This document shows, in pieces, positions 9,577 to 19,585 of a DNA stretch of 64,000 nt. The notes beneath the pieces were generated by a model. That model was given only the letters and a program-made list of their open reading frames with translations, made no database searches and was not told where the DNA came from. How positions within the stretch are numbered: the first letter of the stretch is position 1; each line of letters begins with the position of its first letter. The DNA comes from Candidatus Bathyarchaeota archaeon. GTDB taxonomy: Archaea; Thermoproteota; Bathyarchaeia; Bathyarchaeales; Bathycorpusculaceae. Position numbers and translations under genes: made by a program. The DNA is taken from the NCBI GenBank assembly GCA_963782525.1, contig CAWAKC010000007.1, forward strand, positions 288,001 to 352,000, in the 5' to 3' direction.

Positions 9577-10804
9577 TCTGCTTTGGGTAGAAAAGTACCG
9601 CCCAAAAAAGATTGAAGACATCATCGGCAACGAAGAAGCTATAGCATCCTTTGTTGAGTGGCTTAAGACTAAGCGTAAAAGCAAAAAAGCTGTGTTGCTC
9701 TATGGACCGCCTGGCGTGGGAAAAACGGCTTTGGTTAATGCTGCTGCAAGGGAGTTCGGCTTTACCATTATCGAGATGAATGCCAGCGACACCCGGTCTG
9801 AAAAAGCCATCAATGCGGTTGCTAAACCAGCCACCTCTTATGTTGCCTTAGACAACTTTTCAACAAGCCAGACTAAAGGCAAAGGAAACTTGCTTTTCCT
9901 TGACGAAGTCGACGGCATCGCAGGCAACGAAGACCGAGGCGGCGTTAGCGCAATAATAAAAATCGTAGGAGAAGCGCTTACACCGGTCATAATGGCAGCT
10001 AACGATCCCGACGTTGAAAAACTTCGTCCGCTAAAGAAAGTCTGCCTGCTCATACGTTTCCAACAAATACGCATACCACTTGTAATTGCTTTGCTACAAA
10101 AAATCTGTCTGTTGGAGCATATCAAAGCTGAGTTTGAGGCACTCGAAAGAATTGCCCAAAACAGCCGAGGCGATGTGCGCTCAGCCATAAACGACTTGCA
10201 GAGCCTCAGCGAAGAAAACCACTCGCTAACCTTGCAGGACACTGCGATGTTGAGTTCCCGAAACAAAGACATTAGTATGGACGATATTCTTCGAGGCTTC
10301 TTTTCTGCAAAATCAATCGCGGAAGTCTCCTCATTACTGAGTTATTCAAGCGTTGACTACGACGATTTCCTGCTCTCAGTAAGCGACAACCTTCCTAGAC
10401 GCTACACTGATCCCTCGGAGCTTGCCGCAGCATACGACTTTGTTTCCCAAGCTGACATGTTCCGCGGCAGAATCGGAACCGAATACTGGCATCTACTCAA
10501 GTACTTCTTCAACGACCTCTCACAAGCCGCTGCAGTAAACCCCCAATCCTACAAACCCTTTGAATTCATCTCGCCACCAATTCGCATAATTACACTATTT
10601 TGGACCAAGGGCAAAAGAACCATGCTTGACGGCATATGCGGCAAAATCGGCGCCAAATGCCACGTTTCCCACAGCAAAGCCAAGCACGATTTCGTTCCCT
10701 TTGTGAAGATGCTTTTGCAGAAACAAAAAAATAGTCCCTTGATCGCATGGTTTGAATTTTCTCCTGAAGAAGTTGATTTCCTGGTTAAGATAAACAGGTT
10801 CTGA
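9563..10804 (+). CDS. rfcL: Replication factor C large subunit
   Basis: WVEKYRP, GPPGVGKT, EMNASD, DEVD; follows rfcS. Confidence 0.95.
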   Translation: MQANDLLWVEKYRPKKIEDIIGNEEAIASFVEWLKTKRKSKKAVLLYGPPGVGKTALVNAAAREFGFTIIEMNASDTRSEKAINAVAKPATSYVALDNFSTSQTKGKGNLLFLDEVDGIAGNEDRGGVSAIIKIVGEALTPVIMAANDPDVEKLRPLKKVCLLIRFQQIRIPLVIALLQKICLLEHIKAEFEALERIAQNSRGDVRSAINDLQSLSEENHSLTLQDTAMLSSRNKDISMDDILRGFFSAKSIAEVSSLLSYSSVDYDDFLLSVSDNLPRRYTDPSELAAAYDFVSQADMFRGRIGTEYWHLLKYFFNDLSQAAAVNPQSYKPFEFISPPIRIITLFWTKGKRTMLDGICGKIGAKCHVSHSKAKHDFVPFVKMLLQKQKNSPLIAWFEFSPEEVDFLVKINRF

Positions 10805-10809
10805 GGAAT

Positions 10810-11145
10810 ATGGTGGTTTTGAATAAGAAAGCCTTCAAGCTTCCGCGGGTTGAAAAAGACAAGTTCGTACTTTTGATGCATTTAGGATGCGATTATAACC
10901 GTGACCAAGGCGTTTTCTCCATTAAAAGTTACAATAACATCGAGAAGCTCATGGAAACCATCAGCGGCATTCTTGACAATGAAGTGATTTTTCTTCAAAG
11001 TTGCACTCGCTGCGGCAAAGATTTCGCGTGCGGCGAATGCAAATACGACGAATTATGCACTACCAAAAATTTGCCGTTTGGCTGTGTCTGCCCTCAATGT
11101 TTGAGGGATAGGAAGCATTTTGAACAGTACCTTGAAAAGTTTTAA
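10810..11145 (+). CDS. Cys-rich putative Zn-binding protein
   Basis: CxxC...CxxC...C...CxCxxC; begins 5 nt after rfcL stop. Confidence 0.75.
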   Translation: MVVLNKKAFKLPRVEKDKFVLLMHLGCDYNRDQGVFSIKSYNNIEKLMETISGILDNEVIFLQSCTRCGKDFACGECKYDELCTTKNLPFGCVCPQCLRDRKHFEQYLEKF

Positions 11146-11376
11146 GTGCATTTCATTTGACAAAACTTTAGTTGTCTTTAGCACTTTAACGCTAAGTTAT
11201 TGGTTAATAATTAAGCAGTTTAACTCAATTAATCAATCAAATTTTGTTGCAAAGCAAAGCACCTCATATTCAGAAAACATTCCGTATACAAAAGCATCAA
11301 CCAATCCCACAAAACAAGCAAAGGGTAAGTCTTATCTAACCATTTTAGTTTAACAATTACAGCAGAAGGCTCGTTT

Positions 11377-12627
11377 ATGGCTGAAGAAAACACCGCGTTA
11401 AGCGTCGCACTTTCTCAACTCAAGTTAGCATCAAAAAAGTTGGGGCTCGACTCAGGCATGCACAAGATGCTAAGCCAGCCCAAACGCTCAATCTCCGTGA
11501 GCATAGACATCCGCATGGACAACGGCGCTGTCAACGTCTTCAACGGTGTACGCGTTCAACATTGGGATGCACGGGGACCCTTCAAAGGCGGAATCCGCTA
11601 TGCGCCCGGCATCACCATTGACGAAGTTATCGCGCTTGCAATGCTTATGACTTGGAAATGCGCCATCGCCAACCTACCCTTCGGCGGAGCCAAAGGCGGC
11701 ATCTGCGTGGATACCAAAAAACTCAGCCAGCATGAGCTGGAACGATTAACCCGCAGGTACGTCAGCTTAATCTCAGAGTACCTTGGTCCACACATGGATA
11801 TTCCAGCGCCAGACATGTACACCGACTCGCAGACCATGGCATGGATAATGGACACTTACAGCCAACTTAAAGGCTACCGAATCCCAGAAAGTGCCACAGG
11901 TAAACCCGTCGAGATCGGCGGGTCATGGGGCAGAACCGAAGCCACAGGCAGAGGCGTAATCCACTGCGTTAAACAGGCTTCAGAGAACAACGGCTTAAAA
12001 CTCAAAGGCGCCCCAGTCGTCATTCAAGGCTTCGGAAATGTCGGCTACCACTCAGCAGTTGCGGCACAGGAAATCGGCTGCAAAGTCATAGCCGTGAGCG
12101 ATTCCACAGGTGGCATCCACTGCCAAGATGGCTTAAACCCCCCAGACATTTTAGCACACAAAGAAAAAACAGGCACCGTCCAAAACTACAAGGGCTGCAA
12201 GAACATAACCAACCAAGAACTCCTCGAACTTGAATGCGACGTGCTAATTCCTGCGGCACTTGAAAATCAAATTACCCGTAAGAACGCCGACAAGATTAAC
12301 ACTCACATGGTCGCCGAAGCCGCAAACGGACCAACCACCCCAGAAGCTGACAAAATCCTTTATGAAAAAGAAATCTGCCTTATCCCTGACATCCTCGCAA
12401 ACAGCGGCGGCGTAACCGTCAGCTATTTTGAGTGGGTGCAAAATTTGACGCGGGAGCAGTGGCCATTGGAAGTGGTCAATCGGAAATTGGAGGAGAAGAT
12501 GACTAAAGCCTTCAACGATGTAGAAGCGATTGTTACCAAGGAAGAAAGCGACATGCGCACGGGCGCCCTAATGCTGGGAGTGGGAAGAGTAGCGAACGCA
12601 ATCAAAGTACTGGGATTATGGCCATAA
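11377..12627 (+). CDS. gdhA: Glutamate dehydrogenase (Glu/Leu/Phe/Val dehydrogenase family)
   Basis: GPFKGGIRY, PFGGAKGG, DIPAPD, QGFGNVG, ANSGGVTVSYFEW. Confidence 0.95.
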   Translation: MAEENTALSVALSQLKLASKKLGLDSGMHKMLSQPKRSISVSIDIRMDNGAVNVFNGVRVQHWDARGPFKGGIRYAPGITIDEVIALAMLMTWKCAIANLPFGGAKGGICVDTKKLSQHELERLTRRYVSLISEYLGPHMDIPAPDMYTDSQTMAWIMDTYSQLKGYRIPESATGKPVEIGGSWGRTEATGRGVIHCVKQASENNGLKLKGAPVVIQGFGNVGYHSAVAAQEIGCKVIAVSDSTGGIHCQDGLNPPDILAHKEKTGTVQNYKGCKNITNQELLELECDVLIPAALENQITRKNADKINTHMVAEAANGPTTPEADKILYEKEICLIPDILANSGGVTVSYFEWVQNLTREQWPLEVVNRKLEEKMTKAFNDVEAIVTKEESDMRTGALMLGVGRVANAIKVLGLWP

Positions 12628-12701
12628 CCCTATCAAATCGGCTTGTGACCGCAAATCTAAATAGCGCAAATGACCCAAAGTATCTAAAGATAGGAGCCGA
12701 T

Positions 12702-13864
12702 TTGAACAAACGCTTTGTGCTGGTTTTAGTTCTTATTGGGCTAATCGTGTTATCTGTTTCTTCACTAAAGCCTACTGCCGCAACCGGCGATAGCTGGGTA
12801 TCTAAAGCGCCTTATGCCTACGGCTAGAAGTTACTTGGGTGTTGCCGTTGTCGATAACAAAATATATGCAATCGGAGGATCCAGCAACCGAGGTTATGAA
12901 AATATTACCGAACAATATGACCATGTCACCGACACATGGTCAACCAAAGCTCCCATGCCTACAGCGAAAGATAATTTTGCCGTAGCGGTCTATCAGAACA
13001 AAATTTATACTTTCGGCGGATTTACTTTCGGAGACCCTTTCTCATACAGTAACGCAACCGAAGTTTATGATCCTGCCTCTGATAACTGGACTACTACAGC
13101 GTCAATGCCAATCAATGCCTGATTCCGCTTACTTATGTGCACATACTGTAAAAGACAAAATTTACTTTTTTTATGGATAATTATGATTATGAAAATAACA
13201 GAACAATGATTTAGTTTATGAACCAAAAACAGACGTTTGGACGACTAATATTTTGACGTTTCATTAATGATGACATATCGGCAGCCATCAGTAACCAAAT
13301 TTATTTTCCCAACGATCCAGGCAAATGGAATGTTTACAACACTGAAACCGATAATTGGACTTTACGCGCATCCTGCCCATACTTTTTTGATGGTAAAGCG
13401 GTTACAACGAACGGAGAATTTACTCCAATCCGCAGGTACGTTTTTGGGGTTAAAAGTGAAACAGATCAAGATCCCATGCCTACTAGAATTTATGACCCTA
13501 AAAATGATTCGTGGACCTTTGGCGCCGATGTACCCACCAATCGACATGACTTCGGGGTAGCGGTTGTAAACGATACGATTTACGCAATCGGAGGCCCGTA
13601 AAGTTTACTTATCCCTGGCCTAACGACTATGCCGTGTTAAAATTAAACTCTGCTAACGAACAGTATATTCCTGCAGGCTACGGGACCCCTGACCCAGCAT
13701 ATCAGCCGCCGACAGCAACGCCACAACTAACTACATTAACAAACTCAGAACCAGCAAGCCAGCAAACTCTCTTCATAGCTTTTGTTGCAGTAATAGCGAT
13801 AGCTGCGTTGGCAAGTCTTATTCTCTTTTGGTCAAGAAAAAAACAATCAGGAAAAAACAAATGA
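12702..13864 (+). pseudogene. Fragmented secreted Kelch-repeat surface protein
   Basis: Signal peptide frameshifts near 12812 into Kelch repeats (KIYAIGG...YD...W...APMP); further stops and shifts 13120-13600; C-terminal TM anchor fragment. Confidence 0.85.
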
Positions 13865-14183
13865 AAGTTACCCCTTAGCCGAATGGAACAGCTATCTATT
13901 CAGAAATGCTTGTTTTTGTTCTGCTTGTGGCTGGTTGTACAATTGAAAAGCAAACCTGAACCTATCTCAGATAGCAAAAACTGCCAATTTATGCAGTTCA
14001 TAGGTTATTTTGCTATAGGAACTCTTCCGCCATAACTTCTAAGTTTAAAAATGAGCGTAAAAATGCAGAAAACAGCCGAATTCTATTCCGAAAAGTTCTA
14101 CAAATCTAGTGCAAACCCTTAAAACTCCTATCGCTATATGTGTTGAACCCCGAAAAGAGCACTGAGTTGAGAGGGAATAGGGT

Positions 14184-14741
14184 TTGGCAGCGAAAATATA
14201 CACTTTGGACTTTTGCTATGAGAACTCGCTAGTTAAAATCGTGGCGAATCGTAACTGTCCAGAAATTAAGCTTGCCGGGTTAACTGTCGGTCCCTTCGAC
14301 GAAGGCAACGAATATGAAGTGTATTTTTGGGTAGCTAAAGAAATAGCGTCTGCAGGCATGGTTCATTTTCGGGAAGGCGAAATGCTTGACGCTACTAGAC
14401 TGTTTCAGTTACAATGGAAGGAAGGAGTGCAGATTCCAGGGCAAATATCCGATTTACCTGGCGATTTCTACCCTAAATTGCGTCGGTTCATCGGTGACCT
14501 AAAAGACCAAACCCAAAAACAACCTGACGCAGTAAAATTCCAGGAATACGACCGGGCGCGGCAATTAGCGCGTGACATCGTGAATTCTCGGCTAAAAAAA
14601 ATTGTTGCTTTATCTGCGGCTCCAGCCCAAAGTGACCAGGTTCTAAAAAAACTTACAAGCGAAGAAAGACTAGTCTACGAGCAACTAGTAAAAATCATCT
14701 CCGAGTGGAAAACAAGAATTTTAGAGAGTGGAGAGAAGTAG
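14184..14741 (+). CDS. GINS subunit (Gins23-type)
   Basis: Directly upstream of MCM; LPGDFY, RLKKIV, LTSEER motifs. Confidence 0.85.
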   Translation: MAAKIYTLDFCYENSLVKIVANRNCPEIKLAGLTVGPFDEGNEYEVYFWVAKEIASAGMVHFREGEMLDATRLFQLQWKEGVQIPGQISDLPGDFYPKLRRFIGDLKDQTQKQPDAVKFQEYDRARQLARDIVNSRLKKIVALSAAPAQSDQVLKKLTSEERLVYEQLVKIISEWKTRILESGEK

Positions 14742-14742
14742 G

Positions 14743-16776
14743 ATGGCTAAGCTTGAAACCATCGATCCTCAGCAGCGGTTCCAAGAGTTCTTCAAGAAAG
14801 AAAAGTACCGACAGAGAATCGCGCAATTAGCCATTTCGGGCAAGGGTTCATTAAGCATCGATTTTGAAGAGCTCTACGGCTTTGATCAGGCACTCGCTGA
14901 GCTGTTACTCAACAAGCCCGAAGAATACCTGCAACATGCTGGTAAAGGAGCTTACGAGCAGCTTCGCATTGAAGATGCTGAATATGCTGAGAAAATAGAG
15001 AAAGTCATAGTTAGAATCGTAAAGCTTCTGGGCAAAGAAGTTCTTCGAAAGCTCGGCTCAAGACAGATGAGCAAGCTTGTCATGATTGAAGGCATCGTGG
15101 TTCGGGCTACTCCTGTGCGACCTATGGTTCAGCTTGGAGCCTTTAAATGCAAACGCTGCGGCACCATGAACCTAGTTGAGCAAACTGGGCAGTTCTTGAA
15201 GGCCCCTTCGGTTTGCGTTGCGCCCGATTGCGGTCGAGATGGACCATTTGAGTTTAGTCAAGAAGAATCCACTTTCATTGATTCACAGGACCTGAGGTTG
15301 CAGGAAAAACCAGAGGATTTACCTCCAGGACAACTTCCTCGTGTGTTAGCTGTGAAGCTTGTAGGCGACGAAATAGTCGATGTGGCACGACCAGGAGACC
15401 ACGTATCCATAGTTGGCACTGTGCGTGCTTTTGCACCGTCACTAATGGGCATGGGGAAACTGCGCACATTCATCCTCCAACTAGACGCCAACTCCATAGA
15501 AGTCTTGGGCAAAGAACCAGAAACCTCTCCGCCCACACCTGAAGAAGAAGCAAAAATGATCGAACTATCCAAAGACCCCTTAGTGCACAGAAAAATCATG
15601 ACTTCCATCGCACCCTCAATCTTCGGCTTAGAACACATCAAAGAAGCAATAATGTACCTACTGTTCGGTGGAGTTTCAAAGAGCCTCCCTGACGTAAACG
15701 TGAGGGGCGAAATGAACGCATTGCTCATCGGTGACCCAGGCACAGCCAAATCACAGTTGCTCCAGTACGTCGCCAGAATAGCGCCAAGAGGCTTGTACAC
15801 ATCGGGCAGAGGCACAACCGCGGCAGGCTTAACCGCAGCCGTAGTTCGAGAGAAGGGCGGAAGCATGAGTCTAGAAGCAGGAGCATTGGTCCTCGCCGAC
15901 AAAGGAATCGCATGCATCGACGAAATGGATAAAATGCGACCTGAAGACCGCGTTGCCATCCACGAAGCCATGGAACAGCACACGGTTTCAGTAGCAAAAG
16001 GCGGCATCGTGGCCACACTAAACGCAAGGACCGCGGTCCTAGCAGCGGCGAACCCATCGTTGGGCAGGTATGAACCTAACCGAACTGTTGCAGAAAACAT
16101 TTCCCTGCCTGTAACCATCCTTTCACGTTTTGACTTGATCTTCGTTCTGCGAGATGTGCCAAACAAAGAATCCGACAACAAAATGTCAAGACACATCTTG
16201 GAGATACACCGCAGAGGAGTAAGCCCTGTAGAAGCCCAAGTCGACGCTGAACTCCTGCGCAAATACGTCAGTTTTGCCAAGAGCATCAAGCCAGAACTCA
16301 GCATGGACGCGTTAAACCGCCTAAGCGACTTCTACTTAGCAATGCGTTCAGCAAGCGAAACCGAAGGCTCCCCCGTAGCAATAACTGCTCGTCAGCTGGA
16401 ATCTCTAGTTCGTGTTGCCGAAGCCCGAGCGCGTGTTGCGCTGCGCAAGGAAGTCACTGCAGCCGATGCAGATGCAGCCATAGCAATTATGAAGCGGTCA
16501 CTAGAAGAAGTTGGAATCGACCTCTCATCCTACAAAGTTGACATCGACTTGATTATGACTGGCAGATCCAAGAGCATCCGAGACAGATTATCCACGGTGC
16601 TGTCAACACTTATGGATATGGAGAAGATAACAGGCATCGTTGAGAAAGATGCGTTGGTTAACGAGTTGGAAACCAAGCATAAGATTTCGAGAGGCGAAAT
16701 CGAACGCATGCTTAGCCAACTGCTACGGGAAGGAACAATTTATGAACCACGCGAAGGATGCTTGAAGAAGACGTAG
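14743..16776 (+). CDS. mcm: MCM replicative helicase
   Basis: C4 zinc finger, GDPGTAKSQ, IDEMDKM, SRFD; no intein. Confidence 0.98.
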   Translation: MAKLETIDPQQRFQEFFKKEKYRQRIAQLAISGKGSLSIDFEELYGFDQALAELLLNKPEEYLQHAGKGAYEQLRIEDAEYAEKIEKVIVRIVKLLGKEVLRKLGSRQMSKLVMIEGIVVRATPVRPMVQLGAFKCKRCGTMNLVEQTGQFLKAPSVCVAPDCGRDGPFEFSQEESTFIDSQDLRLQEKPEDLPPGQLPRVLAVKLVGDEIVDVARPGDHVSIVGTVRAFAPSLMGMGKLRTFILQLDANSIEVLGKEPETSPPTPEEEAKMIELSKDPLVHRKIMTSIAPSIFGLEHIKEAIMYLLFGGVSKSLPDVNVRGEMNALLIGDPGTAKSQLLQYVARIAPRGLYTSGRGTTAAGLTAAVVREKGGSMSLEAGALVLADKGIACIDEMDKMRPEDRVAIHEAMEQHTVSVAKGGIVATLNARTAVLAAANPSLGRYEPNRTVAENISLPVTILSRFDLIFVLRDVPNKESDNKMSRHILEIHRRGVSPVEAQVDAELLRKYVSFAKSIKPELSMDALNRLSDFYLAMRSASETEGSPVAITARQLESLVRVAEARARVALRKEVTAADADAAIAIMKRSLEEVGIDLSSYKVDIDLIMTGRSKSIRDRLSTVLSTLMDMEKITGIVEKDALVNELETKHKISRGEIERMLSQLLREGTIYEPREGCLKKT

Positions 16777-16871
16777 GCTCAATTGGAACAGAGGAGAAGT
16801 TGCCTTTTTTCGCCCTTTGGCGATGGCACAGCAGCTCTCAATATAGTTGAGATAATAAAGAAAGTTTTTGG

Positions 16872-17642
16872 TTAGGAAATATACGTCGTCTTCTTGTCGT
16901 CTTGTTTTCGGGTTTCTTCAGCTTGTACAGCACGTTTTTCTTCGATTTGCTGCAGGCGGGTAACCATTGTTTCGGCTTTTGCGATTTCTTCGTTTAAGCC
17001 AGCAAGGTCCAAGTCAAAGTTGAAAGTTGACTTCAGTACTTCTAGAACGCTTTTTGCTGCGAGAGGATCTGGGAGATAGCCACGTGTTTCGCCAAGTAAG
17101 CAGAGTGCGTCGATTTTTTTGAATTTCGCTAAGCCAAGGATTAAGCCTGCTGTTCCTACGATGGGGCTCCCTGAAGTGCTAAGTGTTGCACCAGCTTCCA
17201 AAGCTTTGTGCAGAACATCTTGGGATGTTGCTGCTATGAAGACTTTGGGTTTCTCTTTGGGTTCCATGCGGTAGCCACCGATGGTTGCAATCGTTTTCAC
17301 ATGGTGTTTTTCAGAAAAATCCAGCATGCGGTCGGCGATTTCGTATTGTCCTTCGATGGTTTGGCTTTGGCTGTCGCCTGTGAATAAGATGATGTCGTTT
17401 CCCTTGGGGTTTTGGTAGAAGTAGAATGCTCCTCTTAACAAGCGCACATTACCTTTTTTGTTAACTAACACGAAGTATGGAAAATGTGGCGAGTATAGGT
17501 AAGCGATTTTTTTGGCTTTCAACTGTTTAATCAAATAGCGCAGAGCGATTTTTCCCACTAGTCCTAAGCCAGGTAGACCTTCGATAAGGATTGGGTTGTT
17601 GGGTTTGATTTCACTAAATTCTTTGATGTACGTTTCCTTCAT
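16872..17642 (-). CDS. PAC2-family proteasome assembly chaperone
   Basis: IEGLPGLGLVG, CLLGET, DPLAA; conserved position after nop10. Confidence 0.9.
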   Translation of the reverse strand: MKETYIKEFSEIKPNNPILIEGLPGLGLVGKIALRYLIKQLKAKKIAYLYSPHFPYFVLVNKKGNVRLLRGAFYFYQNPKGNDIILFTGDSQSQTIEGQYEIADRMLDFSEKHHVKTIATIGGYRMEPKEKPKVFIAATSQDVLHKALEAGATLSTSGSPIVGTAGLILGLAKFKKIDALCLLGETRGYLPDPLAAKSVLEVLKSTFNFDLDLAGLNEEIAKAETMVTRLQQIEEKRAVQAEETRKQDDKKTTYIS

Positions 17643-17809
17643 TGTGCTTCTGCGCCCCTTTTCATAGCCATTCGGTACTTTAGGTATTTATCATCTGGGG
17701 AAAATTTAGGCGGATGAGGAATTCTCACTGGTCCACCACAGTAGGGACAACTAGTCTTGTTTAGGGTGTATTTTTCACATTTCACGCATTTGCGTAGTTG
17801 CCAAACCAA
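17639..17809 (-). CDS. nop10: H/ACA RNP protein Nop10 (missing from the ORF track)
   Basis: Hand translation MVWQLRKCVKCEKYTLNKTSCPYCGGPVRIPHPPKFSPDDKYLKYR. Confidence 0.95.
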   Translation of the reverse strand: MVWQLRKCVKCEKYTLNKTSCPYCGGPVRIPHPPKFSPDDKYLKYRMAMKRGAEAQ

Positions 17810-17879
17810 TCAGCAGTCCCTTCTAGAAAAGCTAAGCTGCCGGCCAATTAGCTCAAGCTCAGCCATTTTGCTGTTCCTC

Positions 17880-18077
17880 TTACTCAAGAACTGCTTGGAC
17901 GTCACCGTTAATCTTTGCTCTTCCACCGCTGGGTTCAGCTAACAATTCACCGCAGACGTTGCAGACGATTTTGTTAACTGCATTGCTGAAGATGAGTTGT
18001 TCGTTGCCGCATTTCTGGCATTTAACCCGTAGGAAGACGCTTCGCGGTTTCGGGATAAGTTTATTCCATTCAGACAT
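17880..18077 (-). CDS. rps27e: 30S ribosomal protein S27e
   Basis: PRSVFLRVKCQKCGNEQ...CNVCG...PSGGRA. Confidence 0.96.
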   Translation of the reverse strand: MSEWNKLIPKPRSVFLRVKCQKCGNEQLIFSNAVNKIVCNVCGELLAEPSGGRAKINGDVQAVLE

Positions 18078-18098
18078 AATTTTCAAACTCCGTTAATT

Positions 18099-18374
18099 TT
18101 ATACTAGTGCTAGTTTTCGCAGGCGTATTCCATCTTTGTGGTACATGTAGTTGCATTTTTTGCATTTCATGCGCATAGTTTGCTTTTTTGTGGTTTTGGC
18201 GAATTCATGTTGAAGTGGATATTTTTGTCCGCCGTAACCTTCTTTTTCACGTTCATGGTGTCTTTCGCCTCTAGCAAGCGCTCTGCGTTTGCCCGCTTTA
18301 TAGATGGATACAGTATGAACGGTGTGAGCTTTACATTTTGGACAGTACGTATTGATTTCTTTAGGAACGTTCAC
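18099..18374 (-). CDS. rpl44e: 50S ribosomal protein L44e
   Basis: VPKEINTYCPKC...GYGGQK...KTTKK; GTG start. Confidence 0.96.
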   Translation of the reverse strand: MNVPKEINTYCPKCKAHTVHTVSIYKAGKRRALARGERHHEREKEGYGGQKYPLQHEFAKTTKKQTMRMKCKKCNYMYHKDGIRLRKLALV

Positions 18375-18822
18375 GTTGACTACCAGCTCGCATAAAAGAA
18401 ACATACACCCTCTTATACTTTATGACTTTTAAAGCAAAAACCAGCAGTTTTCACCTCTGAAGTTTTGTATTTTTCAATAGTAGTTGTAACAGAAAACCCC
18501 GAACTAAACATCGTTTAGGAAACAGCCTAGAAATTGGTTTTTGGCGTAAGCGTCGGGTTTGAATTATAGGCGGGTCATGCTGCAAGTAGCATAAATTACA
18601 CGAGTGACATGTAGTGAGAGGTAAAAGTTGAGAAGCTTAAACTAGGCTGATCTTACCTCTTTGAGAAGAAAAAGGATAGAGAATTGGTTATGCACTCAGA
18701 AATTTAATTTCTATTGCCAAACGCTTGTTTCTGTGTTTGGTTGGGAACAATTTTATTAACTAAAAGCGTTATCAATAGCTATATAAATTTACAATACATG
18801 ATACAGCGAGGAAGAGGGTAAC

Positions 18823-19578
18823 ATGTTCAAGCTTAAAGTGTCTGACGCTAAACTCTTAAGGGATATGGCTACTGCCATCTCAATTCTTGTTGATGAAGCA
18901 ACCTTCAAAATTGACTCTGAAGGCTTAAAACTTCGCGCCATGGACCCATCACGCGTAGCCATGATAGATTTTGAATGGCCCAAAACGCTGTTCCAAGAAT
19001 TTGTGACCACTGAACCCACAAAAATCTGCTTAAACATCAGTGAATTACTCAAACTTCTCAAACGCGCAGGAAAAGAAGAAGCAGTTGAACTGTCCTTGGA
19101 CGACAAAACTGGCCGTTTACTTGTTACGATAACTGGCAAGTACAGCAGAAACTTTACGATGCCTACACTTGAAGCTTCCGAAGAAGAAGTTCCAACACCA
19201 AAAATCAGCTTCAACGTCAAAGCCAAAACCACTACTCAGGGCTTAAGCCAAGCAATCGAGGACGCCCAACTCGTCAGCGACCACGTAAAAATCGAAGCTG
19301 AACCAGAAAAGTTGACCCTGAGCGCTTCAGGCGACTTGATGGGAGCAACAATCACACTCCAAAAGGGTAACGACGCACTCCTCGACTTAGAAGTCAAAGA
19401 AAACGCAAAAGCAACCTTCAGCTTAAGCTACCTCTCAGAAATCATCAAAGCCGCGTCTGCAACCTCAGACATTGCAACATTGGAATTCTCATCTGACATG
19501 CCTGTGCGAATCGATTTCCAGCAGACAAAAGAAGGAAAGTTAACTTTCTTCTTGGCACCAAGAATCGAAACAGAGTAA
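18823..19578 (+). CDS. pcn: PCNA sliding clamp
   Basis: LRAMDPSRVAM, FFLAPRIE. Confidence 0.97.
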   Translation: MFKLKVSDAKLLRDMATAISILVDEATFKIDSEGLKLRAMDPSRVAMIDFEWPKTLFQEFVTTEPTKICLNISELLKLLKRAGKEEAVELSLDDKTGRLLVTITGKYSRNFTMPTLEASEEEVPTPKISFNVKAKTTTQGLSQAIEDAQLVSDHVKIEAEPEKLTLSASGDLMGATITLQKGNDALLDLEVKENAKATFSLSYLSEIIKAASATSDIATLEFSSDMPVRIDFQQTKEGKLTFFLAPRIETE

Positions 19579-19585
19579 GACAAAA

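Noticed and set aside
13865-14183. Replication origin upstream of GINS-MCM
   Set aside because: No repeated ORB-like boxes recognised and no cdc6/orc1 nearby
15258-16304. 348-aa antisense ORF and other long shadow ORFs (e.g. 34713-35354, 60585-61154)
   Set aside because: They lie opposite conserved genes and have no motifs; codon-structure artefacts
8569-16776. Inteins in RFC or MCM
   Set aside because: Protein lengths are normal and the motifs are contiguous
18404-18822. ncRNA in the rpl44e-PCNA gap (AGAGGTAA/TTACCTCT stem)
   Set aside because: Only short stems and no convincing C/D or H/ACA boxes; compatible with divergent promoters
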